A stretch of 64,000 bases of DNA from Phoronis australis (taxonomy: Eukaryota; Animalia; Phoronida), in NCBI GenBank assembly GCA_002633005.1, contig NMRA01000142.1, positions 602,860 to 666,859 on the forward strand, given 5' to 3'. The position numbers and the translations under genes were made by a program. Position 1 is the first letter of the stretch. The number at the start of each line of letters is the position of its first letter. This document shows positions 36,192 to 47,900 of the stretch, one piece after another. The notes beneath the pieces are model-generated. The model was not told where the DNA came from. It was given only the letters and a program-made list of their open reading frames with translations, and ran no database searches.

Positions 36192-39100
36192 TCATAAGTC
36201 TGTGAATGGGGTGTCATCATCCACAAAGCACAATTCAACGGAATGACGCACCGTCGGCTCTTTGTTTCCTTTCTTTTTGCGAAGGTACTTAGCGAATGAG
36301 CCATCACTAGAAGCCGTTCCTGGCTTGGGGAATGTTCTTTCCTGAAGGTGAAAACGTAAATCAGTTCAGCATCAACGTTATTTTTAGGTACCAATAAAGT
36401 TCAAATTATTTTTCTTTATTTGATTTCTTGATAAATACACCTCAGTTAAGACAAACAGCATTCTTATTCCAATTCCAAACATTTATGTGAAATTTATTCT
36501 CCAAAATAGATTTTTTGATGACATTGCAAACTGACCTCATATACTGCTCAATTTTGAGAAATTTAGTCAGAAGTGCGAGAAGATTGAGTTGCACGACTGT
36601 GACTAAAATTAGACAAAAATGTACTCCCGACTTTCTAAACACAGGAGACACTCACCTGAACTCTTGCTGCACCACAACCACACATACAGATTCAGGGAAA
36701 TGCCGATTGAAAATATACCGTTTATCCTCACATTTTCTTATTTTCCCACAATAGTCGGTGTAACATTGTGAAACGTTGCAGGCTAAAGAGACACAAGCCT
36801 AAGAAGTTTCACTTACTTGAAGTAGCAAGTAGTCATTGGATATTACAGGAGCAGGAGAGTCTGGTCGTATTTGATAGGGTTCCAGAGATATGCTCCCCCG
36901 CCTGTCATAGAGTGATGTGCGCTCTAGAGAGTGACTTGTTCGTCTCAACCACAAAATGGCACCAATGAGGATGACTACGAACACAAGCAGTACAGCAAAC
37001 ACGATCAATGTGATCAGAACAGCACTGCTGCCACCTGTAGGATAAAACAAAGACAATATTCATTTAATATTTTTGCCGAAGTTCCCTATCAAATATACGA
37101 ACTACCTATAGCGCACAGTTATGACATCAGGGATTAGAATGTCCAATGATAAAAACTGGTGTAAATTTTCCAGGTGATGTATTGTTCCACAAATAAATAG
37201 GATTTTGTAATAGAAATATGTTTCGTATTGTAAAGTCTAACTAAAATAAACATTTTTACAAGAATTAAGTCAACATACTGATAAAAAGAGACAAAAAAGA
37301 GGAAACTGGAAATCAAATAAGAGGAAATCAAAACCAAAAAAGAGGAAGTCCTGTTAAGAGGAAAATTCCAAGCCCTGCAACATGAAGGCAAATACTACAG
37401 GGAATTCTGAACTAAAACAGCACAGAACAAACTATAGATATTTCGTAATGTCAATATGACTGAGGCTGAATAAGAGATTAGCTTTAACTTGGCTCCTGTC
37501 TTTTGGCGTTAAAAGATAAGCTTTCAGAGCAAAATGCCGATTCTTGGCAATTTTCTAAGTTAAACATATTAAACTTTCGAATTAAAACACTTTCAGAAAC
37601 AAATTGGTCTCGACACAATGTCATACAATTGGTTTCAAGTAATTTTGGCATACGCAAAACACAATACACGAATGGTGCTGGAACCAGTACAATAATTTGC
37701 TCGACTTGAAATACAAATTAAGCTAAATCGTAATCCAGGAAGTACAAAAGCTCTGAAACTGCACTCTTAGTCAAGCAGACATGCACTCACCATTTCGACA
37801 GTCAGTGTCTCGGTCTTTGAGGATGACAGTAGAATTGATAAACGGCGTGTGAGATATGTCATCAATGACAAAGAAACCCTGTAAAAATAAATCAACATCA
37901 TGAATACAATTTTGAAATTCATTCCACTCAATAGTGTCTCCTTCACTGAGAGAAGGGACCAAAAAATTGAAAACAAAACATTTTAATATGAACAACACTG
38001 TAATCCTGGCTTTTGAACAGTTTCAGCACATACAGAGCCCAACACCACACGGGTATCGGCGGGCAGCGGTTAACATGATGAACTGTATGTACCATTTGCG
38101 ACCTGAACTTTGAAAATGCAAGTAAAGATTTTGGCATAGGTTGCATTAACCAAAAAAGCTCCAACAATGCTCTTTTAGTAGAATGGGAAAATATGGGCAC
38201 TGTGTGCCGAAACAGAAAATCGCACTAGCATGGTTTAGGTCATCAAGGTTCTGTGACCCGAGACCGGGATCTATGTCGATTTTGAGATTGCGAGCTGGGA
38301 TTTTGGATAGGTCACAAACAACAACCTGGTAAGTTTTATCCTGTTGAGGCCTGGAGGGGAAATTCCCCTCTTCACGCGGCAGAGCAGCAAGAATACATAG
38401 GTCACCCAACAGGTGCTGGAGTCGTGTTTGAGGTATGTGAGTAATATTTTTCAGTAGAGTCCGTGAGCCATGCTTCTTGGGTGTGTGTTTGGCGAGTATG
38501 TTCCAGGGATGGTGGCCATGTTTTTAAACGAGGAACTATGTTCAAAACTGTGTAAACCATGATGTTTATGTAGCCTGTCCTCGTCATGACAACAGAGTGC
38601 AAGAGGAACCCATCACCGGTGCAACCAGTAAACTGAATTTTATCAGATGGCTTATTGACATGTGGCGTACTACAAACCTCAATCAACAGAGTGGAGTTGT
38701 TGCGTTCAAGCACCAGATGCAAAGAAGCGTGTCTAAGGAAGTCTGGGTCGATCTCAAACAACTCGCCCTTGTTGGCAAATGTATGTCGCCATACACGGTC
38801 ACTCTCATCAATCTGAAAAACAGCCCCAACAGATTGGAGTTTCAGTTTATCAATTTTGCAAAGAAACCTACAAACTAAGTCTAAAGAAATTTAATTATAC
38901 TGCTTCTATGTTTGCACAAATCGTCACTTGATGGTAAAACCAATCAATCCTAGCAAATCGTAAAACATGACCAAACAGAAAAAAACTTGGCTACCCGTCA
39001 ACTTACAGTTAGGGTCACTCAAGAATCAATGACCATGAGTTCAGGGATAAACAGCCTGGATATTATTAGTTATTCAAGATGTTACCACAGAGCTAGAATA

Positions 39101-40135
39101 CTTATGTGTTGATAAAAGGAATGTACCTTTCCAACTATTGTTTAATGGACTGTGATCCAAATCAGGTCTGAAATTACTTCACAGAGCTCCCTTTTCACAC
39201 ATAAACGTGTACTTCTATTGCATAATAAATTCCAATATACTTAAATTCCTGTTCCGAGTTCAGCAATTGAAAAGGTTTTATTTGAAAAAGTATTAAAATT
39301 TCTTTATAATATTAAATCTCTTTGTGTGAGTGGATAGAATTTGTATAAATGCGTATGAAAATAATTTATTTACTTTCGTAATCATATGTCATTGTAATCT
39401 TAACAACAGTTTTTTTTAATTTATGTATTTATAAAAAATAATTGTATACAGATTTCTTTTGTTATGTATTTGTATAAAATAATTGTATATAGATTTCTTT
39501 GCACTTTTTTAACCCAGAAATAATGCCTCTTGGCGCTTTCTGGGTTATGAATATTCATTGTATCGAAGATTTCGTAGTAAACATTATAAAAAAGTTCAGC
39601 AATTCTATACCTTCTAGATGCCTCATACAATAACCTGTGACGTAATTTTGTAAACAAGTATTCATGCTACGGTTTTTCGTTTCTCCAGTTCTGTGTTCTG
39701 AGGTCTGTTTCATGAAAGTTGGTCTCAAACTCTGCACAACTATCTCCAACAAATAATTAATTTTCACTTGCGCAAAAACGCAGTCTCTGAGAATATACAC
39801 ATAACTGCTAGTTACCGAGATAATTTCTATAACTTATTTCTAGACTTGCTTGGCTAAATCTTAATTCGTAATAATGAAATCTGAGTACTGTCTTAAGTCG
39901 TAAATCACTTTCAAGAAATAGACCCCTGAATGTGACAAATCTTTGTTAAGAAATGTTAAGTTCAAGCTATTAAATTGAACAAAAAAAACATGATGTAAAG
40001 AATTCACCTTGATAATTACAGTGACATCTATTGGAGAATGACACCTGTTGACAGTTATATGTAGACTCGCATTGTGATGGCCAGGCATGGTAACATCACA
40101 TTTGGAGAAGTAGCCCTCAAACTTGCACGGAAAAA
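36192..40135 (-). pseudogene. Multi-exon gene for a single-pass type I membrane protein with a Cys-containing ectodomain; frameshifted (pseudogene or indel errors)
   Basis: Exons 40135-40008 (FPCKFEGYFSKCDVTMPGHHNASLHITVNRCHSPIDVTVIIK), 38867-38103 (two frameshifts), 37878-37791, 37034-36817 (TM AVLITLIVFAVLLVFVVILIGAILWL followed by RR) and 36341-36192 (ERTFPKP...DDDTPFTDL*). The last three exons splice in phase with GT-AG. Confidence 0.6.
37128..37377. mobile_element. Short (~250 bp) MITE sharing termini with the CAGGG family
   Basis: CAGGGATTAGAATGTCCAATGA ... GGAAAATTCCAAGCCCTG. Flanks TGACAT/CAACAT (4 of 6 match). Related reverse-orientation copies at ~46204-46441 and ~49234-49432. Confidence 0.7.
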
Positions 40136-40187
40136 CTAAAAAAATAAAAACAATCTGGTCATACAACACATGCCAAATGACCAATCA

Positions 40188-40240
40188 CAATACAATAAAA
40201 TACAATGCAATAAAATACAATAAAATACAATGTAATAAAA
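40188..40240. repeat. Degenerate (AATAC/AATAA)n pentanucleotide microsatellite
   Basis: caatacaataaaatacaatgcaataaaatacaataaaatacaatgtaataaaa. Confidence 0.7.
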
Positions 40241-40896
40241 CGTTGCAAACTGATCTCAACAATACAGCAGAACCGTGATTCAGATCTGCTATGGGTGGTT
40301 GATGAGGTTCTGGCCGTCACACCAAAGTAGTTCTAAGTACAAACTTGGAGTTGGAAAATACGACGAAAACTGCGAGCACTAACCCATCGAATTTTTATGC
40401 ATTCAAGCCAAGGCACATTTTCCTCAAAATTGCCATTTGATAGGGAGGACAATGTTTTTTAAATTTTTTTTACAATACCCATGTGTCATACATTTTTGAA
40501 AAGCCCTTGGTGTGAGAAATAAAATGGTGCAAAAATCAGAAAAATTGGATGAGCGGTTGACGAGAAAATGGCCGTTGAAACGCAACGATTATGCGCAAAA
40601 TATCTGCCTTTTTACATAATTTCGTAAAAAATAAAAGAATATACATGTGCTGCATATAAAAAGATTCGTCTCATTGAGACAAACATGATGGTGTGTATTA
40701 TATAAAATTTGTATCGATTTTTACAGAGATATTGCTGTTTTAAGTGTGTTGTTATAACATATAGAACAGGCTCATCATGTTTGATGAAAACAATGGATTA
40801 CACAGCTTAAAAGGTAAAGAGCAAAGACACATCAGCTCAGAAATAAATACATCTGAGCTAGGAGGAAATTTCACATCAAATCACAAGATCACATTG

Positions 40897-41057
40897 GTAG
40901 ATTTGGAGGGGGGGGCAAGGGGGCCTGGCACGTGGCCCCCCCTAAAACTCCCATATTTCATTTGGCAGTTTGAAGGTGCAAATATCTTACGGGTAAAATC
41001 CTGCGTAATACTCTGCCCTGCCCCCCCTCCTATCTAAAAATCCTAGATCTGCCCCTG
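40897..41057. mobile_element. Small GC-run-rich MITE remnant
   Basis: Right end AAAATCCTAGATCTGCCCCTG with the partial counterpart GGTAGATTTGGAGGGGGGGCAAGGGG on the left. Confidence 0.35.
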
Positions 41058-41641
41058 AATACTACTACATGGGCAACACATCATTGCCTGACAGTGACAG
41101 GGGGCAGGGGGAGGCTATAGCTCCCCCACTTTTTCAGTGTTGGGTGCCACCCATGTACTATTAGATCGTCAAAAAACATCAGAAAGTAGCAAAAGGCCAT
41201 TTGGGAAGACAAATCGCTCTTAACATGAAGGATTTCATCATTTGCGCAACAAAAACTTTGTAACAACTTTATTTCGAACGGTGAAGTTGCGAATGCCATT
41301 GAACTTCAACGTAGCCACTGGTGGCGCTGACATGCGGCGACTTAGTGAACTAACGACTGCTGTTTGAAAAGTACCAATGCGCAGCAGTTTGACAGAATTT
41401 CTGGGGCATATTGCGCAAGTGGAAAAACATCAATCTCCCGACCGACCAAAATTAGGCCTTCCGGACGATCGAAAACTCGCCATGAAAACTTGGCCTTGAC
41501 TTTGAGAAAACAACTTGAGGAGATGCGCACGCATCTAAACTACATCCTGTCCAAATTTCATGTTTGTATTTGAGAGTATAGTGCTCTTTTGGATAGGAGG
41601 AACAAGAGGTACTTTTTCGAAAGTTGATCGCATGGCGGAAA

Positions 41642-41809
41642 NNNNNNNNNNNNNNNNNNNNNNNNNNNNNNNNNNNNNNNNNNNNNNNNNNNNNNNNNNN
41701 NNNNNNNNNNNNNNNNNNNNNNNNNNNNNNNNNNNNNNNNNNNNNNNNNNNNNNNNNNNNNNNNNNNNNNNNNNNNNNNNNNNNNNNNNNNNNNNNNNNN
41801 NNNNNNNNN
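41642..41809. other. Assembly gap (N run) just upstream of PANK4
   Basis: Run of N characters. Confidence 0.99.
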
Positions 41810-41977
41810 GTGTATTTTAAATGAGAACACGTGACTTTGACTAGACTTTAGCTACGTCCTAGCGTAGGTCCTAGCGTCTACTGAACGCACGCCAGCTTAG
41901 TGAAACTGGGACATGTTGCGGCATACTGGATTTGTTTTGATTTGCAAGAAGTGTTATTTGGCTTGCTGAGCCTCAGC

Positions 41978-44900
41978 ATGACGGACAGGGGTTATGCCAG
42001 AAGCATAGAACTTCCTTCTGAACCTGTGTTCAGAAACTTGAAGAGTGCAAAATTATTTGCTATGGACATTGGTTGGTATACTTGTTGAGTGACATTTTCT
42101 GATTTTCATGATTACTGGGTTTTTTCGTAGATAAGCCCATGGGCGTGTATTCGGAAAACGAAAAATTTCAGACGTTTTGATAACACCAAAGAAACGCCCG
42201 GGGAAATGGGGGGTCATGTAATCGGAAAGTCATAGGTTTCCTGACTTTGACATGTCTACTTAATGTGTTTTTAAATTTTATGTTAATATAATTCGCCAGC
42301 ACTCGTTTTTATAAATGATAAATCATGATAAATGCTCCACAAAACTGAATTTATGAATAAAAGTTGTCGTCTAGTGGGCTTTTAAGAGGAAATTTTCCGA
42401 ATAAACGCCCCATGGGCACTTGACACCAGAAGTTGTAACACCAAATAAACGACCGGGGCGTTTCATGGGATGGGCTTATCTATGGAAAACCCCGGTAGTA
42501 CTCATCATGACTGATAGCCTTTGCTGTAGAGTAAAGCTGTATACTAAATAAACAAGTTTGCAACGATGAGGGTAAAAAAATGACCAAGTAAAATTGGTGT
42601 CATTAAAAACTACTCTTCCTTAAGTAAACTAAATTATTTACCTATGTTGGAAAAAGTGGCGTTCCACCGTCATTCTGCTGCTAGGCTAAAATTATGGTGC
42701 GATCTTTTGCGTCAGCTTTTGGCATCATGAAATAATGCATCACCTATTGGCCATTTTCTTTTATCGCCGATGCCTTGAGATTGTCTCCAAATTATGCTAA
42801 ACCCAGGCTAAATCACTGCATTACTTTACCTTTCAACTAAAGTTTTGGTTGAACACCTTTGCCTTTAGAGGCAGTTAATTGCTGTCTTCAAATCCTTCCA
42901 GCTCAAACAAATACTCCCGTAGTCAAATTTTTTTCAGAATAATTTTTACATCCATAATAGTGAACTGAGCCATTTTATAGTGATTGCATCACTTCGCATG
43001 TTTGTAGTATTTTAATTTTAATAGCATTAAGGTCAATTTTCATGACCTCGGAAGCTGTCAGGAATAGACCAATCACAAGCTGAAAAGCTTGGAACTTGGT
43101 CACCTGGGTCATCACTCTCTTGCCTGGACAAAGTGATAATTTTGTTGAGGACTGACGATATATATCGGAAAGAACTTTAATTACAAAACTATTTGTTTGA
43201 GTTGGATGGATGTAAAGACATCAACGGCCTCCAAAGATATCATTCTATGCTTGGAAGGTACTTGTAGCAATGGGGCTTTGATGGTTTAGCCAGTGTGAGG
43301 CATAATTTATCTAAAAGCTTTGGTGTATGGAAGGATATGGGATGGCTACCATAGTACTGTCTATAGAGTCTGTTCTAGTTCCTAGCAGAGACTAGACAAC
43401 TCTGATCTGTTCTGGTTCATGCCTGACGCTAAGCAGAATGACTAGTTCTTTCACCTGCAGTTCCTGTTTTACGGTCAGGAACTGCTGACCTCTTCATAGG
43501 AATCGCATCATCACCTTGTGATTGGTGTGTCCATGTCATCTCTCTGACACCTTCGTGATGTTACTATGGAGTCAACTGTTGGACATGCGCTGCTCACATC
43601 GTGTGTGTAAGCCATATTGCGACACTCCATGTCTGGTAGAAAGATATGGTGCTAACACACAGACTAGCATCTAGGCTGTTAGCAGTGCCAATTTGGAATA
43701 TACCCAGTTGCAAGCTGTCCCAAATTATGGCGGATAATGCACCGTATTGTCTAGTAGGATGTTCACAAGTTCATCATGGGAGATAACCTACAGTGCCAGC
43801 TCAGATAGAATGTTTTTGCTCCATTATTGTGTGTATATTTATCATTTCGTTTTTTTTTTATTGTATTCTTGTAGGTGGGTCTCTATGTAAACTTGCCTAT
43901 AGTTCCACAATACAAAGGAAGAAACCTCTAGTTACATCATCTTTAGACACTGAAGAAGTTGCTGTGTTTGACAAGGTTGGTTAATGGTGATTATGGTGTC
44001 CTGGCCCATTGCCAGAGAGTACTGGGATCTGTTAAATGTTTGTGTACTACTATAAGGTGGCTTTGTAAGTTAGGTTTTTCAGCCAATGAGAAGCCTGTAT
44101 GTTGACATGTGTTTGAGCATTGAAACAAGCCCAAGTTAATTTACAAATGAAGTCTGTTATGTCTGACATATATCACAATGGGATAAGCTAAACTTGTCTG
44201 TCAACCTATTTAGGACAAAAACTGTAACCACTCATCTCAGCCTCAATGTACCAAAAATGTGTCTTATAAGTGAAAATTTGTATGTTTCCGTAAGTTTGAA
44301 TTTTAGTCAAAAGTGTGATTCACACAAAAGCAACAAAATTTTGTATAAAACCACATTCAAACCACAAATGCCATGAAACGCTCAGTTTTATTTTATCATT
44401 GTGATCTGCCCCAGTGGTTGGCACAGTTTGCATGTTGAACGGTGACCTGGATTTTTACAAAAATTATAATTCAAAGCTTCTGGAAAAAATGGCTTGAAAA
44501 TTTCTCCTGACATTGCAGAGGTGCAGTCAGGGTAAATTTTCGAGTGATTTTTCCTGAAATCTTTCGAGTCAGAATTGTTTCTCTCAAGTTCTCAGATGAA
44601 TGATAATATCTATCATGTGTGTTTGATGACAGTTTGATGTAATTGATTTGCACTGGCTTTTTTTTCTCAGAAACCTCATGAGAATCTGTATACTGTATCG
44701 GAAGGTGAAGAACCAATCACAACACTCCATTTTGTGAAGTTTGAGGTCAAATACATAGAGAGTTGTTTGACTTTTGTGAAACAGAATGTGGTTGGTTCAC
44801 CAGAGTTCATTCACAACAAAGTTGTCAAAGTGACTGGTGGTGGTGCTTACAAATACAAAGACCTCATTACGGAGAAGCTCGGAGTCGAGTAAGTAGCCTG

Positions 44901-47900
44901 TTATTTTATATTTCTAAGTTTTGGTGCCTGTTATTTATTATTTTCTTGTCTGCAGGCAGGTTATGAGTGTGCTCCATCATCCATCTAGTTTAATTTGTTG
45001 CCCAGTTCTTGTATCTTTTTGTATTATTAATAGTTCGAACAAGTTCAAAATGTGGCATGTTATGACCAAAATTGTGCCCTCCACTGGCTTTTTTGACCTC
45101 ACTAAATTGCAGTAATGTGTTTTTGCTGAGTTACTGGTTGTTGAAATGTCTGAGAAGTGGCCTGCAGTTGAAAAGGGTATATTGAGCTTTGCTTTGCTGG
45201 GTCAAAATTTGCCCTGACAACTTCAAAGTAAGATCAATTAGGAATGGACCAGTGCAAATTCAAAAACGGTGCATACGCGTTGCCCTTTGACTTGAGTTGC
45301 TGGTTCACTTGGCAATAATTCAAGATTGGCATGTAATGTTTTCAAACTCCAAAGCACTAAGTTGGTTTATGAAGAAATCAATATTGACATCTAAACATGT
45401 GTGAAATACAGCTTTCAGAATTCCCCTTTAGACTGTAATTTTTCATGGATAGTGGGCAATTTATATTTATCCAGAGTTGACAAAGAAGATGAAATGATGT
45501 GCCTTATCAAGGGTTGTAACTTCCTGCTGAGAAATATTCCTGATGAAGCGTTCATTTATCGCCGTGGTGCCGAGCCCGAGTATGTGTTCCAGGGTCTGAC
45601 CAGAGATGTTTTTCCTTACCTCCTGGTCAACATAGGTTCTGGCGTCAGCATCTTTAAGGTACAAGTTAGGAAATCATGTCTTGCAGTGGCCTAGTTCTTA
45701 TATAAGGTTATATTAGATTTTATTGACGAGTCTGTATTTAGCCAAATGTCTACACAACTGTATATTTTAACTTATGTTCTGAAAGTAGAAAACGTGTAGA
45801 AGTTGATTTTTGGCTTTGTACCGATCTACCATTAATTGTGTCACGTGACCATGTTTTTAGTAAAATTCACCAAAAAGAAACTATAGCAAAACAGCGGTAT
45901 CTATAACATGACCAAATCTTGTTTGATATAGACGTTCAAGAAGAAATCTCAAAAATGCTGTTACAGTTTTCTGAAATATCATTTTGTTTCCGTTTTACAC
46001 TACTTAGGATTTTTTAATAATAAACATAAAAGTCCTATTTTTGACAGCCCCTCAAAAGTGGAACATCTCAATAAAAAATTTCAAACTGTTTCTTGGAGAA
46101 TAGTGCACAAGGTATCAGTATTTGAAAGTTTTATAAGAACGTGGTCTGCCATTCCTGAGACATGCTGTACCGAAGTTAGCCAATGGAATTTTTCTGGTGT
46201 CCTCTGGACTTGAAATTTTCCTGTTTTAAGAGGATTTCCTCTGTTTTGTTTCAATTTCCTCTTATTTCGTTTCCAGTTTCCCCTGTTTTTTTTTTCTTTT
46301 TTATCATTATGTTGTAAAAAACATTTCTTGTTGTTAAATTTTACAACACAAAAATATTTCTATCTCACAACCCTATTTATTTGTAGAACGACATATCACC
46401 TGGGAAAATTTTCCTCTTTTTTCATCATGGGTCATTCCCTGCATAACCTTAATCGCCAAGTGTAAAATGTCTATGAATTATGAGCCAAGAATGTAACTGC
46501 TTGGAAATGTGCTGTACTCGGTTAGTTAGGACCATCTGAGTGATTTTCATGCTTACGAATGTTAACTGAGAAGTCATTCGGAAATCAACAGTTTTCTTTA
46601 AAAATCAAAGTGTTTTTGAAATATATTCAGGAAAAATGTTATATTGAAGCATGACCATCAGAGTAAAGGTATGTTCTAGCTGAAATTAATGGAGATTTTT
46701 TACTTTAAGTATAGTGAGCCATGTATGAAACATTTCATCATTTTTGCATTTTTGGTTTTCACAGTTTGGGGTGAAAACCATTGTTTTGTTTTTAAAATGG
46801 TGATTAAGCTCTCCTAATTAGACAGTTTATTATAAAAACCACTAACCAAGTGGAGTTCATGAATTATTTCAACAAAAAGATTCCCTACCACCGCTTAAAG
46901 TAATTAGCTCTTCCTAGGAATGATACGATCTTTCAATTCATTTGTCCCTTAGGTTGACAGTGAAAGTGAGTTCCAAAGAATTAGTGGCACATCCATCGGT
47001 GGAGGAACGTTTTGGGGACTTGGCTGTCTTCTCACAAAGGCACAGGTAAGGGCACCTCCATCGGTGGTGGAACGTTTTGGGGACTTGGCTGTCTTCTCAC
47101 AAAGGCACAGGTAAGGGCACCTCCATCGGTGGTGGAACGTTTTGGTGACTTGGCTGTCTTCTCACAAAGGCACAGGTAAGGGATGAAGTGTGAAGTGTAA
47201 TACAGAAGAGCAAAGGGTTTCATTAACTTGCTGAAATATTTATTTAAATGAGTATATTTCTACAGCATGTCTTTGGATGTCCCTGACAGTTCTTCAGCTG
47301 TCGGTTGTATGTACCGAGTTCCATTCGTGTTGAGTGAATGTGATAAACATTCGATAAATAACACAAATACCAATACGGTTGACTATTCATGAAAGGTTAA
47401 ATAGGAAAAATTTCTTGTCCCCGTCATGTGAAGGTGATGACCATTCCAGCTACTCCGATGGTGAATTCTGCACTCAGATGTCACGACACAAATTTTTGTT
47501 AGCATTCAGCTGCCAGAGCGGGAAAATTCCGTGTCATTTTGTCTGGTTGTTTCAGTGTGTACTGTTGTATTTTTTTCAAAAGACTGTTGCCGTCATGTCC
47601 TAAGTGGATATACCATTTCTATGAAGATGGTCTGTATCTTTCTAGGGTTTTTGAATTATGGTGAAAGCCCGTATTGTGTTCTGCACGTCAGTCTTCCATG
47701 ATGTGTTAAAAATGATTTTTAAAGGATTTTTAGATTAAAGTTTTGTTTAAAATATACTGTCTTCAAAGTTGATTAAATCTGTTGTACGTTCTCCACTTGA
47801 CCAAGGTTTACAGCTATTTTAAGTNTTTTCAAAAGACTGTTGCCGTCATGTCCTAAGTGGATATACCATTTCTATGAAGATGGTCTGTATCTTTCTAGGG

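Noticed and set aside
36656-36782. Extra exon of the minus-strand membrane-protein gene
   Set aside because: It has AG/GT boundaries, but the phase-0 frame stops after 14 codons, and the flanking exons join in frame without it.
41558-41830. ORFs spanning the N run
   Set aside because: Artefacts of translating Ns.
43190-43790. Possible old LINE fragment in PANK4 intron 1
   Set aside because: Composition looks formerly coding, but no motif could be read with confidence.
46986-47182. Regular repeats as a possible CRISPR array
   Set aside because: Head-to-tail 65-bp units with no unique spacers, derived from PANK4 exon sequence; eukaryotic context and no cas genes.
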